Part shown: positions 23,701 to 36,879 of the stretch, piece after piece
Layout: every line of letters begins with the position of its first letter
Position numbering within the stretch: position 1 is the first letter of the stretch
DNA from: Mytilus trossulus
Lineage: Eukaryota
Length of the DNA stretch: 64,000 nt
Assembly (NCBI RefSeq): GCF_036588685.1
Contig: NC_086376.1
Location: 27,404,001-27,468,000 of the forward strand
Direction of reading: 5' to 3'
Program-made: the position numbers and the translations under genes
The notes under the pieces: generated by a model
What the model was told of the DNA's origin: nothing
Databases searched by the model: none
What the model saw: the letters and a program-made list of their open reading frames with translations, nothing else

Positions 23701-26700
23701 CACACTTAGCATTAGTGAATAATTACATACATTAAAACATTTAATCTCAGGGACTGCAATTGTTTGCACCTATCCCAAGTCAGAAATCTGATATATAGTG
23801 GTTGTCGTCTCTTTATGTGGTTCATAAGGGTTTCTCGTTTTTTATATCAATTAGACTGTTAGTAAAAGTTTCCCATTTGAATGGTTTTACACTAGTAATT
23901 TTTGGGGCCCTTCATAGCTTGCTATTTGGTGTGAGCCTAGGCTCCGTCTTGAAAACTGTTCCTTGACCTATAATGGTTTACTCTTATAAATTGTGAATTG
24001 GATGGAGAGTTGTCTCATTAGAACTCATACCACATCTTCCTATATCTATGTTTTATAATTACAATGATAGTAAGGTGTACATGTCTGTCTGACACTGGGT
24101 TCCTCTGTCCTTGACCTCATTTGCATGGATCATTGATAATGCTTATTTTATGTGATATTTTTGAACTAAACTTTCATATAGCAGACTTTCAACATAACTT
24201 CAGTTATAATAAGTAAAGCAAGGAAGTCATTTCATCAGTGGTGTATTATGATAATTGATATAAAATGATATGTCTCAGCTTTATGTTTAAAGCAATTAGT
24301 TTAAACATATTTATATTTAGTGGATTTGGAAACAAGTTATTGCAACTTATATTAATCCCTTTCCACATTGTGGATGTGAGTGCTGCCTTGTAGCAACATT
24401 AGTCTGCTCTTTTAGAAATGTACAAGGGTGTCTTTTATGTGCAAGAGATATGGCTCTCTCTTAACAGGAGTCAGCCATTTATCGACCACTTCGGATGGAC
24501 TATCATTGTTTCTCAAGACCATACTCCTCAATGAATTATATAGTCTGCACAAAAAAGATTTGATGTTAGAAACTAGTATTTCATCAATGGCCAGTGAAAA
24601 ATAATATATACAAATAAAAAAATATGATATCAGAGAAGTGAAAGATTTGATTTTTTTTACAGGTTGGTGGTTTGTTAATGTTGATGACAAACAAGGATGG
24701 GTACCAAGTTCTTATGTGGAAAGGAAAGATGGACTCAAGGAAAATACAGCAATTAGGACTAATTTAGGAGAAGGTACAGAGATGTTCAGATTTGGCTGAA
24801 ATGTTGTACCATTAATAAGTTTCTGAATTGAATTTAAAAAGACGGGCAATTTTTAAGAAAGTGGGATTTATCAAGTGTCTAATTATTATACACATACATT
24901 TTTTTTAAGGAAATAAGTTTAATTGTACACATATTGGTGAAAGTAAATGTCTTTCAGAAGAAAAAAAATGAAGAAAAGAAATTGTTACTTTAAACATGTC
25001 TGAGAAATTTGATGTACTTGACATTAAAAAGAACATTTCAACAACTTGTCCCTGACAACTTAGGATGGGGCTATACAGTGTTACCCTTATCCGTCATTTT
25101 ATTGTTCTGCCAATACACAATAAACAGTTCTAACAGACTTTTTTACATAAATAAATAAATTGAGCTGAGTTTTAGTAAGTGTGTCTACAATGATGAGTGA
25201 CAGATCAAGTTTACGTTGAAAATACCTCCGCTGATTTTTGCAAAAATTACAGGCTTTGGACTTTGACAATTTCCACTCCTAAAAAAGGCTTCAAATTTTG
25301 ATTTTTGAGAATTGGACCATTAGTGTCATTCTGTTTTGGTTCTAAATATTAGTTTACAAATTACTTCTATATGTTGTTTATGGTAAATTTCATTATTCCA
25401 GATGAACGTTACATAAGTACAGAAAACTACACCCCCCAGAACTGTGATGAGATAGCTCTAGAGAAAGGAGCTGTTGTAGAGGTTTTGGAGAAAAACTTGG
25501 ATGGATGGTGGTTTGTCAGGTAGGAGAGATCACTTATTTCTTTAAAAAGCTGCAATTTTTGTATCTATGTGAAATTGAAATATTAGTTTTAACATTTAAA
25601 CAGTGAAATTAAATTTTAATTTGCTGTTTGAAAATTTTTTGCGAAAAAACTTTTGTTTCAAAGGTTATGATTTAGATAAATGATGATGAATTTATTAGCA
25701 AATGATAAATACACTTCAGTTTTTCTGGAAATTCAAATATTGTTATGTTTTTGAACTCACAGAAATTGTAAAAATTTATTTTAAAGAACCAAGGATGATA
25801 ATTTTTAAAACGATAAATTCAAATGTTAATTTTTACAAAAAACCTGATTGTTTTATATCCCATTATATCCCAAATTCTAATGATCTGACACCAATGGCAG
25901 TGAAAGCTTGACCTTAACACTATTTTTTAGGAGTACACATTGGTCCAATTTTTTACCAAATATTTTAGATATTTTGGAATTATTTTCCAGTGTTTACAAG
26001 TGAAACCGAGATAGTAACCACTTGGCCAATGTTTTTAAGTGCAGTAGACAATGTGTTAGACAGATAGCATAACATAATAGTGTAATTTTTTATACCACAT
26101 GTTATAAATATGTCAACAATGTGGCAGTTTGATGATCATTGTTTGTGTGGTTAAACATTAAGTCATGTTCCCTGAAAGGAAAAAAACAAGCAAACGTTCT
26201 TACATACTTTTAAATATGTGCATTGCCAAAGGCTTATGAACTTTTAACATTTTTTAATAGTTGTGACATAATATGTGTTTTAAGTGTAATATAATCATAA
26301 AAGTGAGTATTTTAATTGAAAAAAAATCCACTTCTATGATAAAAAAGAAATGTACCTTATGGTCTTATAGATTCTAACTTTTTTATGGTAATTAGTTCAA
26401 TGGGAGTATGTACCATGGCCATCAGTGCTTGTTTTACAACATTCTCTAGAGTCATTAGTAATACCAGTCCCTTGTTTGATATAGACATCAAAGCCAAAGT
26501 TGATAAATGATTGTTTAATAAAGCCCATTATTATATTTCCCCAAATGGATAACCTCAACTTAGATTTGTACTTGCAAAATTTCTTTTTACCAAATTTGAA
26601 AGAGAAAATTAAAGAAAACTCAATAGAAAATTTAAAAAAGTAATATAACAATCAGATGGTATTCGTGATCAAATCATCATTCCATAAAAAATTGTATGCC

Positions 26701-29700
26701 ATTGGCGGATCCAGGGGGAGGGTTCAATAATAATGCGTTCTGGGAATTGGAACCCCCCTTTTTTTTTGGATGATCAATGCATTTGAATAAGGACATATAG
26801 TTGGAAGCCCCCCCTCCCTTTGTCCTTGGTTGGGACCCCCCTTTTTTCATGGCTGGATATGCCCCTGTATGCTATCCATTTTAAATGAAACTACTGATGC
26901 ACAAGGATCATTGACTTCATCTGTTCATTAAGCTGTCTGTATTTCATGCACATTCCAGATGAAAATAAGTGAATATACATCATATTTATTGTCTTACAGA
27001 TCCAATGGTAATGAAGGTATAGCTCCAAGTACTTACCTAATGAAAACTGAGAAAGCTCATATAGAACGTGTAGCCCGTGCTTCTGGAGTACAAATCATTG
27101 GTCGTATGAGTGATGTCAGTGATCTGCTTCAACACTCTGCCCATTCAGAATCTGTGACTGACAAAAGAGGCAGTGTCCAACATATCCTAAAGAAACAGAG
27201 ATCTTTAGAAAGAGGGGGATCATTACGACCTCCACCTAGACTAAACTCTGTAAATAAGGTTAGTTCTGGAAATATGTTAGTAACCTCTGTTATCGTCCTT
27301 CCCTACGCCTATATCACCCTGCTTTGTCGCTCAGTAATTCTTGTATCAAGACTTCAAAACGAGACCAGACATTATCAGAGACGTCACAATGTGAGGGGAG
27401 AAGTTATCAGCGATGTCACAATGCGAGAGGAGACATTATCAAGCTTGCTTTCGTCAAGCGTAAAACTGTCTTAGGGAGAGGAAAAAAGACCATTAATGAA
27501 ACAGTAAATAGATAATCAGGTTTTCTAAGTAGAGATATCGTAAAATATCAGCCGCTTGACACAATGTGAAACTTTTTAGCTCGTTCATTACGCTCACTCG
27601 CCAAAATGGTTCACATTGTGGCTCGCTGCTGATATTTTACGATATCAATGTGTAGAAAACCCGATAATCTATACTTATGGCTCAAATCTATTTCTAAAGT
27701 AAGGTTTAAGATAAAGTATATTTCTCATTTGTGAGATTCAAACTACTCCATATTTAGAACAAAGGTACTTTAAAAATGACTAAAAGGATATTGTTTTATG
27801 ACAGCAAAATTTTTGCAGTTGTATAATGTTAGGAAATTGTGCGACAAGGTTCCATACATTAAACAATAGGTTCGAGGGTTATTGCCAAAATGTTAAGGAA
27901 TTATGGACCAAAAAGGAGGGGGGTGAGTTGGGGGGGATAGGATTTTTCTTTTTTTATGCCCCACCTACAATAGTAGAGGGGCATTATGTTTTCTGGTCTG
28001 TGCGTCCGTTCATTCGTCCATCTGTTGGTTCGTCCGTCTGTTAGTTCGTCCGTCTGTCCCGCTTCAGGTTAAAGTTTTTGGTCAAGGTAGTTTTTGATGA
28101 AGTTGAAGTCCAATCGACTTCAAACTTTGTACACATGTTCCCTATGATATGATCTTTCAAATTTTAATGCCAAATTAGAGTGTTTAACCCAATTTAACGG
28201 TCCATTGAACATAGAAAATGATAGTGCGAGTGGGGCATTCGTGTACTGGGGACACATTCTTGTTAAACATTAACTTGATTTTAAGTCTTTATGGTCTCTA
28301 TAAAATATACCACAAGGTTCCAATGTTCCATGCAACGAAAGGAAGGTTGTGATTGATTTTGGGGGTTATGGCTCTAACTGCTTAAGAAAAAGAGCCCAAA
28401 AACATTACTTTTATAATACTGTTTTCACATTTGTTCATTTCTTGATGAATTTCAATGTGGTTTAATTCAAAGTCTTGAATATTTGGGGTTTCTTATCAAA
28501 AAAAAGGAGATCATGTCTAATGACGTCACATAGAAAGAAACACTTTCTCTTTGCAGAAAATATAAAAAAAAAAAAACGGCTGCCTACATATAGTCGTTAA
28601 AGTCATTAAAAAATAGATTTTCCCACCATATCCTGTGAAATTTCATATTTGTTTCACTCTACGGTTAAATTTTGCATATTTAAATGCCTGAAAACTTTCA
28701 CATTTTTAATTTGAACAAAATGTAAATCAGTCATCAGAAAGACAGTTAAACATATACATGATATAGTTAACCATTTGTAAATATTGGTATAATTTTATGC
28801 TTGAGTGTAAAAACAATAACAAACTATAAAAGTACTTCTATTTAGGCATCAGACGAGGTGATGAGAGCACTGAAAAGGACAGATGATCACTATGTTACAA
28901 TCACAGAGTTTAAAGACAATGTGGGAGATGGAATATCATTTTGCACAGGAGAAATTGTCCAGGTTTGTTGTAATATATTAAGAAAAAAAAATCCTTTAAA
29001 TTTGGAATTTGGCAGCAGTATTTTTTCTTAAGATATGACATAATATGATAAAGTGTATTAGAAAAATATTAATCCCAAACCAGCAAACCAACAAAAACAT
29101 ACAAAAATACTTTGACTTCTAGATATTGTCCAGTATGTCAGTTAAAGTAGAAATTGAGGTTCTGTTACAAGAATACTTTTGTCCAGTTAATACTGAGACA
29201 CATAAAGGCAACAGAAGTTTACAACTCTTCAAAAGTCATAAATAGTTGAGAGAAAACAAATTTAGGTTACAAACTAAAACCAAAGGAAACAAATCAACTA
29301 TGAAAGGATAACAAGGGAGCAACACAACACTGAAGTGAAACAAAAGCAAACGCCAACTGTTACTGACACAACAAAGTATATTGAGGTCCATCAAAGAGAA
29401 TGCTTTTGATCTGTTACTGACACAACAAAGTATATTGAGGTCCTTCAAAGAGAATGCTTTTGATCTGTTACTGACACAACAAAGTATATTGAGGTCCTTC
29501 AAAGAGAATGCTTTTGATCTGTTACTGACACAACAAAGTATATTGAGGTCCTTCAAAGAGAATGCTTTTGATCTGTTACTGACACAACAAAGTATATTGA
29601 GGTCCTTCAAAGAGAATGTTTTTGATCTGTTACTGACACAACAAAGTATATTGAGGTCCTTCAAAGAGAATGCTTTTGATCTGTTATTGAAATTTGTCAG

Positions 29701-32700
29701 AACTAGATAAAATTGAAATTAGAAGTAGCTTTACATATTTCCTAGTACTGTGGATTCATTTATTTTAGTGGGTACTAATTTTCATGGATTAAGGAAAACT
29801 TCCAATTTCATGATTTTGCCAAGCTCTGTGTACAATCCCGTAGAAAATATGTCATTCGTTGATTATTTAAATTTGTGGTTCACCTATACACACAACATCC
29901 AAGAAAATTACTATCCAATGAATAATAATGAATCCACAGTAGATTGAAGTACATCTATAGCTTGTTCTGTTTTAGGTCTTGGAGAAGTCAGACAGTGGCT
30001 GGTGGTTTGTTAAAATAGATGGTAAAGAAGGATGGGCTCCTGCTTCTTACATAGGAAAGACACATATGAATGGAATTGAGGAGGTAATAATTATGATCTG
30101 TTTAAAGGTTATGTTTCTATAGTAAACCTTTAGATCTGCTAAAAGCAAAATTTTAAATAATAAGGTACACTCAAAGCCAAAATTTGACAAACTATAAGGT
30201 ATGCTCAAAGCCAGAATATAAATAATCTAAATGACAGTGACAGAATCTCTCCAGTAATAAATTCACTGTAAATATAACTGAATTTGATGAGACTGTCATA
30301 CAAAGTGAGAGGTTTAGTGCTATAAAACCAGGTTTAAACCACCATTATCTACATTGGAAAATACCTGTACCAAGTCAGAAGTATTACAGTTGTTGTCCAT
30401 TCATTTTTTATGTGTTTTGTCATTTGAATTTTGCCATGATTAGGGACTCTCCCATTTGATTTTCCTCTGAGTTCAGTATTTTTGTGATTTTACTTTTTTC
30501 ATACATGTTAAAAAAAAAGATCTGTCTTATTATTACATAATTATTTTTTTACCTTATATGTTCAAACAGAATCCTTGCTATTGTGATATATAAGAAAAGA
30601 GTGATTGCAGAATAGGTATAAAAAATAGGTATAAATAATTCCAAATTTATACTCTTGATTTAATTTGAATGGACCAATTCCAAAACAATGATACGTCTTT
30701 GGATTTTAATTCTATTTTGTTAATTCTTATTATCTTAATATGAAAAGATGTCATTTGAAAGGATTTGAAACCCTAATTTAAGAGAATAGATGTTAAATTT
30801 CTCATTTAGTCTAATAATTTGTTTTGCATATATAAAAAAAGAAGAAGTTGTATGATTGCTTATTTGAAAGCTTTCTACTAGTTGTCTAGAAAAAATCATA
30901 AAAAAATAGACAAAAAGAATAAAAACTACAGGTCAACACAAGGCTTTTCAGCAATGATCAAAACCCACACTATATTGTCCCCTTGTAACAGAGTACTCTT
31001 CTAATTTTGTCCTTCATATAAAGGTTGAATCTATTTAAAGATTACTTTATTTATTTCAGGAAGAAAATGTGTATCATGACATAGGAGAAGTAGCAGACGA
31101 TGCTGATAATAGTTTTAATGATGATGATACTGATAGTGATGATTATGAAATCCCTGACCCTGTGAAAGATGACATTAAACATGAGGAATCTGTAAATAAT
31201 AAACTTAATGATATAAACACAGCATTACAGATGAGGATTAAACCATCGGATCTTAGTAATACAAAACATGGAACATCAGATAAAGGGGCTGTAAAAAGAC
31301 CAAATTCTAAACCCCCGCCTCCACCAATGGCCATGAAACCTGTTGAAATTGATGTGGATGATCAAATATCGTCTCAAAAAACTTTAAAATCTCCGATTTC
31401 AAATGAACCACCTTTACCACCTCCTAAAAAGGGTAAAGACAAACCGAGTTTGCCACCGAAAAAAGATAATACAGGAAGTGCTAATTTTCAATCTGTATTG
31501 AAAGCGAAAAATACATCTGACAAACCACCACAACCACCTCCAAAGAACAGTAAACCGGCTTCTCTGGGCTCAGGTTTTAAAAATAATTCTTCAGATGTTT
31601 CTGATCAGAATAAAAGTCCTCTTGCTGAACTGAAGAGTAAACTTACAAAACCGAGAGATGAAAGAAAGGCAGATAACTTATTATCTCCAGGACAGCAACG
31701 TTACAAATATACGGATGTTGTTCCCAAGGATCAAAGACAATCTGCTTCTCAACAAGAATCTCTTGTTGGAGTATTAAAATCTAAATTTGGAAAAAGGCAT
31801 GACTCTTCTGATGACAGTATATCGCCTGTAACAAGTCCTAAATCTGACACTGGAACAAAGGCCTTTGTTTTACCCCAAAAGACATTTCATAAACCAGCAA
31901 CACCCCCTAAAAATGTGTCTCCAATGTCACCAAAAAGACTGAATCATACTCCAGGAAAAGATTTAACAAGACAACATGAGGAAGAAACTAGTGTCAATAA
32001 ATCTATGGGTGAATTGAAAGCGAGATTTGAAAAACAACAACCAGAGGTATCCAAGAAACGACCATTAAAACCAAAAACTGTGACAAATACGCATAAAAGT
32101 AACTCTAGTATTAGTTCTGAAAGTTCATCTTCGACAGTTGATGACAAACCAAGTGTTAAAACTAGTGCGTTAAAAGCAATGTTTGAACATTCTAATTCAG
32201 AGCCAGTTTCTAAGCAGAAACTTGTTGCTAAGACAAGTTCTGGTAGCAGTAAAGCATCAGGAATTGCTGCCAGAAGTTCAAAGTTTGAAAGTGATAAACC
32301 ATTATTAAAGCCACCTGTGCAAAGATCAAACAATTTTTCTTCAAACCAACTTCCATTGTGGTCAAAATCAAAAGTGGATCAATCTAAACCTATGCCAGTT
32401 ATCCCTCATAAACCATTAAAACCCAAAACATCAATCCCTCCACCTTTACCAGCAAAATCATCAAGTAGTAATACAGAAAAAGTAAGACCTAAATTAGCCA
32501 TACCCCAAAAACCATCTAATGTGGATAAAAATCATAATGAAATGGGAGATAAACAAAGGGGAATAACTGAAGTGTCAAAGATAATAGCAAATGGAAAACA
32601 GTCTACTACAAGCCAGGAAGAAAGTGAGCCACCAACGCCACCACAAAAAGATTATGAAGTTCTATCTAAGTGTACATCTTCTCAATATAAAACATTATTT

Positions 32701-33039
32701 GATTACATTGGGGAAAGTGAAGGAGAATTTGGATTCAAGTCGGGAGAGAATGTTGAAGTATTGCAACAAACAGACGAATGGTGGTTTATAAAGGTACATG
32801 AAGAAGAGGGTTGGGCTCCAGCATCATATATAGAAAACTGTGAAACAACAAAATTTGATGAGGTCTTTCATCAACAGTATCGAGCAGTTGTAGAATTTTT
32901 TGCTGATGCTGATGGTGAAATAGATTTGAATTATGGTGACATTTTGGACGTTTTAGAAGAAACGGACACTGGGTGGTGGTTAGTTAGGAATGGTAGAATG
33001 GAAGGTTGGGCGCCTTCTGAATATATGGAAAAGGTGTAA
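20706..33039 (+). CDS. SH3PXD2A: Five-SH3 adaptor, Tks5/SH3PXD2A-like (PX domain not present in window)
   Basis: Phase-compatible GT-AG exons: 20706-20776 (candidate first), 21972-22117, 24663-24773, 25402-25519, 27000-27258, 28846-28962, 29976-30083, 31060-33039. Five SH3 domains (WW..G[WI]xPxxY). The [21 protein letters not shown] segment is typical of Tks4/Tks5. Long Pro/Lys/Ser linker with PxxP motifs. Confidence 0.8.
21972..22117 (+). CDS. SH3PXD2A: Tks5-like exon, SH3-1 N-half
   Basis: tttcAG|..[49 protein letters not shown]|GTGAGT. Confidence 0.9.
24663..24773 (+). CDS. SH3PXD2A: Tks5-like exon, SH3-1 C-half
   Basis: [40 protein letters not shown] flanked. Confidence 0.9.
25402..25519 (+). 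CDS. SH3PXD2A: Tks5-like exon, SH3-2 N-half
   Basis: [40 protein letters not shown]. Confidence 0.9.
26700..26867. mobile_element. CAG/CAT..CTG (hAT-like) MITE
   Basis: CATTGGCGGATCCAG..CTGGATATGCCCCTG with 5-bp direct repeat TATGC. Confidence 0.6.
27000..27258 (+). CDS. SH3PXD2A: Tks5-like exon, SH3-2 C-half plus linker
   Basis: [15 protein letters not shown]...[11 protein letters not shown]|GTTAGT. Confidence 0.85.
27951..28264 (+). mobile_element. Helentron/HINE-like non-autonomous element
   Basis: Starts at a T-run with ATGCCCC..GGGGCAT hairpin, then a GTCC microsatellite. Ends GGGGCAT..stem-loop..TTGTT. Confidence 0.55.
28846..28962 (+). CDS. SH3PXD2A: Tks5-like exon, SH3-3 N-half
   Basis: [39 protein letters not shown]. 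Confidence 0.85.
29357..29690. repeat. 54-bp minisatellite, ~6 copies, intronic
   Basis: Unit CTGTTACTGACACAACAAAGTATATTGAGGTCCTTCAAAGAGAATGCTTTTGAT, near-identical copies. Confidence 0.95.
29748..29939. mobile_element. TA-flanked (Tc1/mariner-type) MITE
   Basis: TA-CTGTGGATTCATT..AATGAATCCACAG-TA. Confidence 0.75.
29976..30083 (+). CDS. SH3PXD2A: Tks5-like exon, SH3-3 C-half
   Basis: [36 protein letters not shown]. Confidence 0.9.
31060..33039 (+). CDS. SH3PXD2A: Tks5-like terminal exon: proline-rich linker plus SH3-4 and SH3-5
   Basis: 656-aa ORF preceded by tttcAG. Acidic Tyr motifs EENVYHDI and DDYEIP. Two C-terminal SH3 domains. Confidence 0.92.
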   Translation, partial: EENVYHDIGEVADDADNSFNDDDTDSDDYEIPDPVKDDIKHEESVNNKLNDINTALQMRIKPSDLSNTKHGTSDKGAVKRPNSKPPPPPMAMKPVEIDVDDQISSQKTLKSPISNEPPLPPPKKGKDKPSLPPKKDNTGSANFQSVLKAKNTSDKPPQPPPKNSKPASLGSGFKNNSSDVSDQNKSPLAELKSKLTKPRDERKADNLLSPGQQRYKYTDVVPKDQRQSASQQESLVGVLKSKFGKRHDSSDDSISPVTSPKSDTGTKAFVLPQKTFHKPATPPKNVSPMSPKRLNHTPGKDLTRQHEEETSVNKSMGELKARFEKQQPEVSKKRPLKPKTVTNTHKSNSSISSESSSSTVDDKPSVKTSALKAMFEHSNSEPVSKQKLVAKTSSGSSKASGIAARSSKFESDKPLLKPPVQRSNNFSSNQLPLWSKSKVDQSKPMPVIPHKPLKPKTSIPPPLPAKSSSSNTEKVRPKLAIPQKPSNVDKNHNEMGDKQRGITEVSKIIANGKQSTTSQEESEPPTPPQKDYEVLSKCTSSQYKTLFDYIGESEGEFGFKSGENVEVLQQTDEWWFIKVHEEEGWAPASYIENCETTKFDEVFHQQYRAVVEFFADADGEIDLNYGDILDVLEETDTGWWLVRNGRMEGWAPSEYMEKV

Positions 33040-36000
33040 AACTGTTGATTACTAATGTCTATAAATATTGCTCAATATCTAAATACACAATATTTTGAAT
33101 TCAGTTAATTTTTCGTGAATTTCTCAATAAAAAGCAATTAACTGTTTCACAAGTTTCTTAACAAGAAGTATCAATATTTTATTCAAAATGAGAAATATTG
33201 CAATAACATTGAGTGTCTAAATTATTCAAATAAAAAAAAAATTGCCTTCCTACCCAAATATAAAGTTCTACAAAGTACAATTCTGTGATAGATTTGAACA
33301 CATGTATATATATTTTAATTTGTATTTTATCATGACATTTTAATTCTATTGTTGTCAATTAGTTAGAGTCTTCTAAGACTGAAGAGTACTGTTTTCTATG
33401 ATTGGACAACACAACGGATACAGAGATCTGTTTTATAGGTAGACCTCAGTCTGTTTACAGATACCAGTTTATCATAAACTTGTTTTAAGATTACCTATCT
33501 GCATAAGATGAATTATATATTTGTTTAGTTTGAATCTGTTTTTAGTAACAACCTTTAGTATAGAAAATGTGGCTGCTGCTATTTTTAGACATTTGGTGAA
33601 TATTTTGTTTTTATAAGAACACAATTAGAAACAGATGTTAAATTAAGTATTGTTAAGTTTGAAGTTATTGAAAGGTTGACCAGTTGTTAAAATATTGAGT
33701 TGAAACATAATTGTAAATCAATTTCTTAGTTAAACATGTTATTGTCTTATAGATCATTCTGGCCTGCCATGAAGTGGGGCATATACTGGTTTTCGGCTGT
33801 CTATCTGTATTGCTGTAACCCCTGGCTTCAATGTTGAGTTTATCTGAAGTACCATGAATTTCTTTTTTTCCCCTCAAAAAGTGTCAGAAGAGCTTCCTGA
33901 AATTGTGAAGAAAGCTTCATGAAAGCATGGTAAACAGGGTGATTCATTTTCGTATTCACCACTCATCAACTTCCTGTTAATTGAATACTTTTATTACATA
34001 AATATTTGTACACACAGTAGTCTTGATATTATTGCTTCAAACTGCTAATAATTGCTACCCTCTTTTTATATAACAAAAAGAGACATTTATGATGTCTCCA
34101 ACTAAACATTATTATGATGTAATTTTACTAAAAGCGAAATGTTTTAGATTTTAATTTGAAACTTTTTATACGAAAAGACTATTACACAATTTAAAAAAAA
34201 TGAAACTAAGTTGATGCACAGATAAATGATTCATAAAAATGTGCATTTGGAAAATTTAGTTTCTTGTCAATTAAGTTAGCAATATATGACTATCATCTAG
34301 GAAATTTGATCATTAAATATTAAAGAGCAACAAACTGAAAATAATGGTAAAAATACTAAATATGTTTGCGCTCTGGTTATATACTACTTTCCAGTTATGA
34401 TATCATTAGAATAGATTGCTGTACAAGGTTCATTTCTGAAGTTGTTGTTAAACCTTACATTTTGTTATCTGCAATTATATGAAAACTTGTTACTTCAAGC
34501 CAGGAATATGACAGTTATTATCCATTCGTTTGAAGTATTTGAGCTTTTGATTTTACCATTTGATTTATATGTACTTTCTGTGTTGAATTTTCCTTGGAGA
34601 TTGTTATTTTTGTTATTTTACTTTTTGAAGAAGTACTCTATTTTAGAATAGTTTTCATAGTTCTAACATCATTCAATGGTTTTTATACCCCATCATTAAA
34701 TTGTCAACTGGAATTGTTGGTGACAGTTGATTTTTTTAAAAGAAAGAATTGCTCAAAACTTGCCCTTCTGACATTTATGATTTTTTTTAATCCTTTTACT
34801 TAAAAGAATGGCATCATCAAATCAAATATTTATAAATACAAAATGTAGATCAAAAATAAAAACACACATATTTGATCATTTATTAGAAATGTTAGCCCCT
34901 AGGCTATGAGACAGTATCGATTTTAAAACTTTGAAATGAAGCCATAATTAGTTTTTATCATCTGTGGATCTGACATATTTGCAATTTCCAACCAGATTTT
35001 ACTTGCCATAGTCAGAAGTTTTTGCATTTATGTTGTTTGCAAAGTTAAATGATATTGCTGTGTTAACTGTTTAGGTTGTACAAACGAATAAGACAGAATA
35101 TTCTGATGTTAATACACATGTTACTGAAACTGTTGAGTGCCTAAGATATAAAACAATAAACAATTAAAAAAAAATGTGTTACTTGAATTTGTGATAATCT
35201 TCTGTCAATCGCAAAAAATGTAATTTTAAGTATTGAATGCTTCATTTATTAATTTCATAGGGTTGTAAAAGTGTTAACCGTGCATATATTTTTATCACTT
35301 CGACCCTTCATACAAAATGCACTTTGGTTAATGCTTTTACAACCCTATGAATTTACAAAAAGAAGCATTCAATTCTTAAGTATTTTAGTTCACTTGAACT
35401 ACGGGACATGTGACCTTTTGCCATTACTTGAGTTGGCATTTGTTAACATCCGTTTGTTGTAGTAAACTTTTCCGAAGATATTCTCTGAAACTGCTTAATC
35501 AAACTCAAACAAAACAGATGTTAATGATGTGTAGGTAGTTCATGATAAAACTTCCATCTCTGCTGACCAACCAATACGGCAGTCGTGACCATATGTCCAT
35601 TGTCCATGCTTTTTTTTTTATTGTTGAGCGACTGCTTGAAAATTTTATATTTATTTTATTATGTGGAACACTCATTGATAAGTTAAAGTATATTTGGTAT
35701 ATGGGGATCCTAGAAACTTCTACAGGTCTGTCAGACACGGCTCACCTGACCTTGACCTCATTTCATGGATCAGTAATGAATGTTGAGTTTTTGTGGTCAA
35801 GTCCGTATTGCAGATACCATAAGCATAGGTCAACTATATTTAGTGTATGGAATGGTTTGAAAATTATTCAAAGGAATATGACAAGTGTTTATCCTGTACC
35901 AAGTCAGGAATATGACAATAGTTTGTCCTGTACCAATTCAGGTATATGACAATTGTTTGTCCTGTACCAAGTCAGTAATATGACAATATGACAGTTGTTA

Positions 36001-36094
36001 TCCATTCGTTTTCGGGTCGCCAGTTAACTTAATTGGCAACCATCAAATCACCAATTGATGCCGTCGAAGCTTAAAATGCAATACAGTTATCTCC

Positions 36095-36790
36095 TTAATT
36101 GTACAAATGTAAACCACTTGTAAAGAAATATAATCAAAGAATTGTACAAAGTAATACCACTAGTATAGAAGTGAAAAACCAAGAATTGTACAAACGTTAA
36201 TCCACTTGTATAAAATGTCACAAAGAATTGTACAAACATTAAACCGCTTGTATAGATTTTTTATCAAAGAATTGTACAAACGTTAATCCACTTGTATAAA
36301 AGTGGAATCCAAGAATTGCACACACATTAAACCACTTGTATCAAAGAATTGTACACACGTTCAACCACTTGTATAGAAATGATATCAACGAAGTGTACAC
36401 ACTTAAACCACTTATACAGATGTGAATCTAAGAATTGCACAAACGTTAAACCGCTGGTATAAAAGTGAATAAAAAATTGTACACATGTTCAACCACTTAT
36501 ATAGAAATTTCATCAATGAATTGTACAAACGTTAATCTAGTTGTATAGTTATCAAAGGTACCAGGATTATAATTTAGTACGCCAGACGCGCGTTTCGTCT
36601 ACATAAGACTCATCAGTGACGCTCATATCAAAATATTTATAAAGCGAAACATGTACAAAGTACAGAATATATTATAGAATCATAATCAAAAAAATTTACA
36701 CAGTTTAATCCACTTGCATAGATGTGCATCTAAGAATTGCACACACGTTCAAACACTTGTACAGAAATATAATCAAAGAATTGTACACAC
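36095..36790. repeat. Degenerate ~40-bp minisatellite (AAGAATTGTACAAACGTTAAACCACTTGTATA), interrupted by a ribozyme-bearing insert
   Basis: More than 10 diverged copies; insert at ~36546-36660. Confidence 0.85.
36579..36622 (-). ncRNA. Minimal type I hammerhead ribozyme (retrozyme/Penelope-associated type)
   Basis: Minus strand reads GCGUCA-CUGAUGA-GUCU(UAUGU)AGAC-GAAAC-GCGC-GUC^UGGCGU. Intact CUGAUGA/GAAA core, 4-bp stem II, palindromic minimal stem III, stem I GCGUCA/UGGCGU. Confidence 0.85.
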
Positions 36791-36879
36791 TTGCACTAAT
36801 TATTCACACATCCAATAACATCAGGTATGATCCTGAAATTGTAAGTTGTTCCAACTTCAGTAGAATGAAAAGAAGCTAT

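Noticed and set aside
27259-27515. ORF extension past the Tks5-like exon
   Set aside because: Reads through the donor at 27259 into a repeat element.
29236-29710. Repetitive ORFs on both strands; CRISPR-like appearance
   Set aside because: A 54-bp minisatellite with no unique spacers, inside a eukaryotic intron.
31143-32791. Antisense and alternate-frame ORFs within the large exon
   Set aside because: Shadow ORFs of the Pro/Ser/Lys-rich coding sequence.
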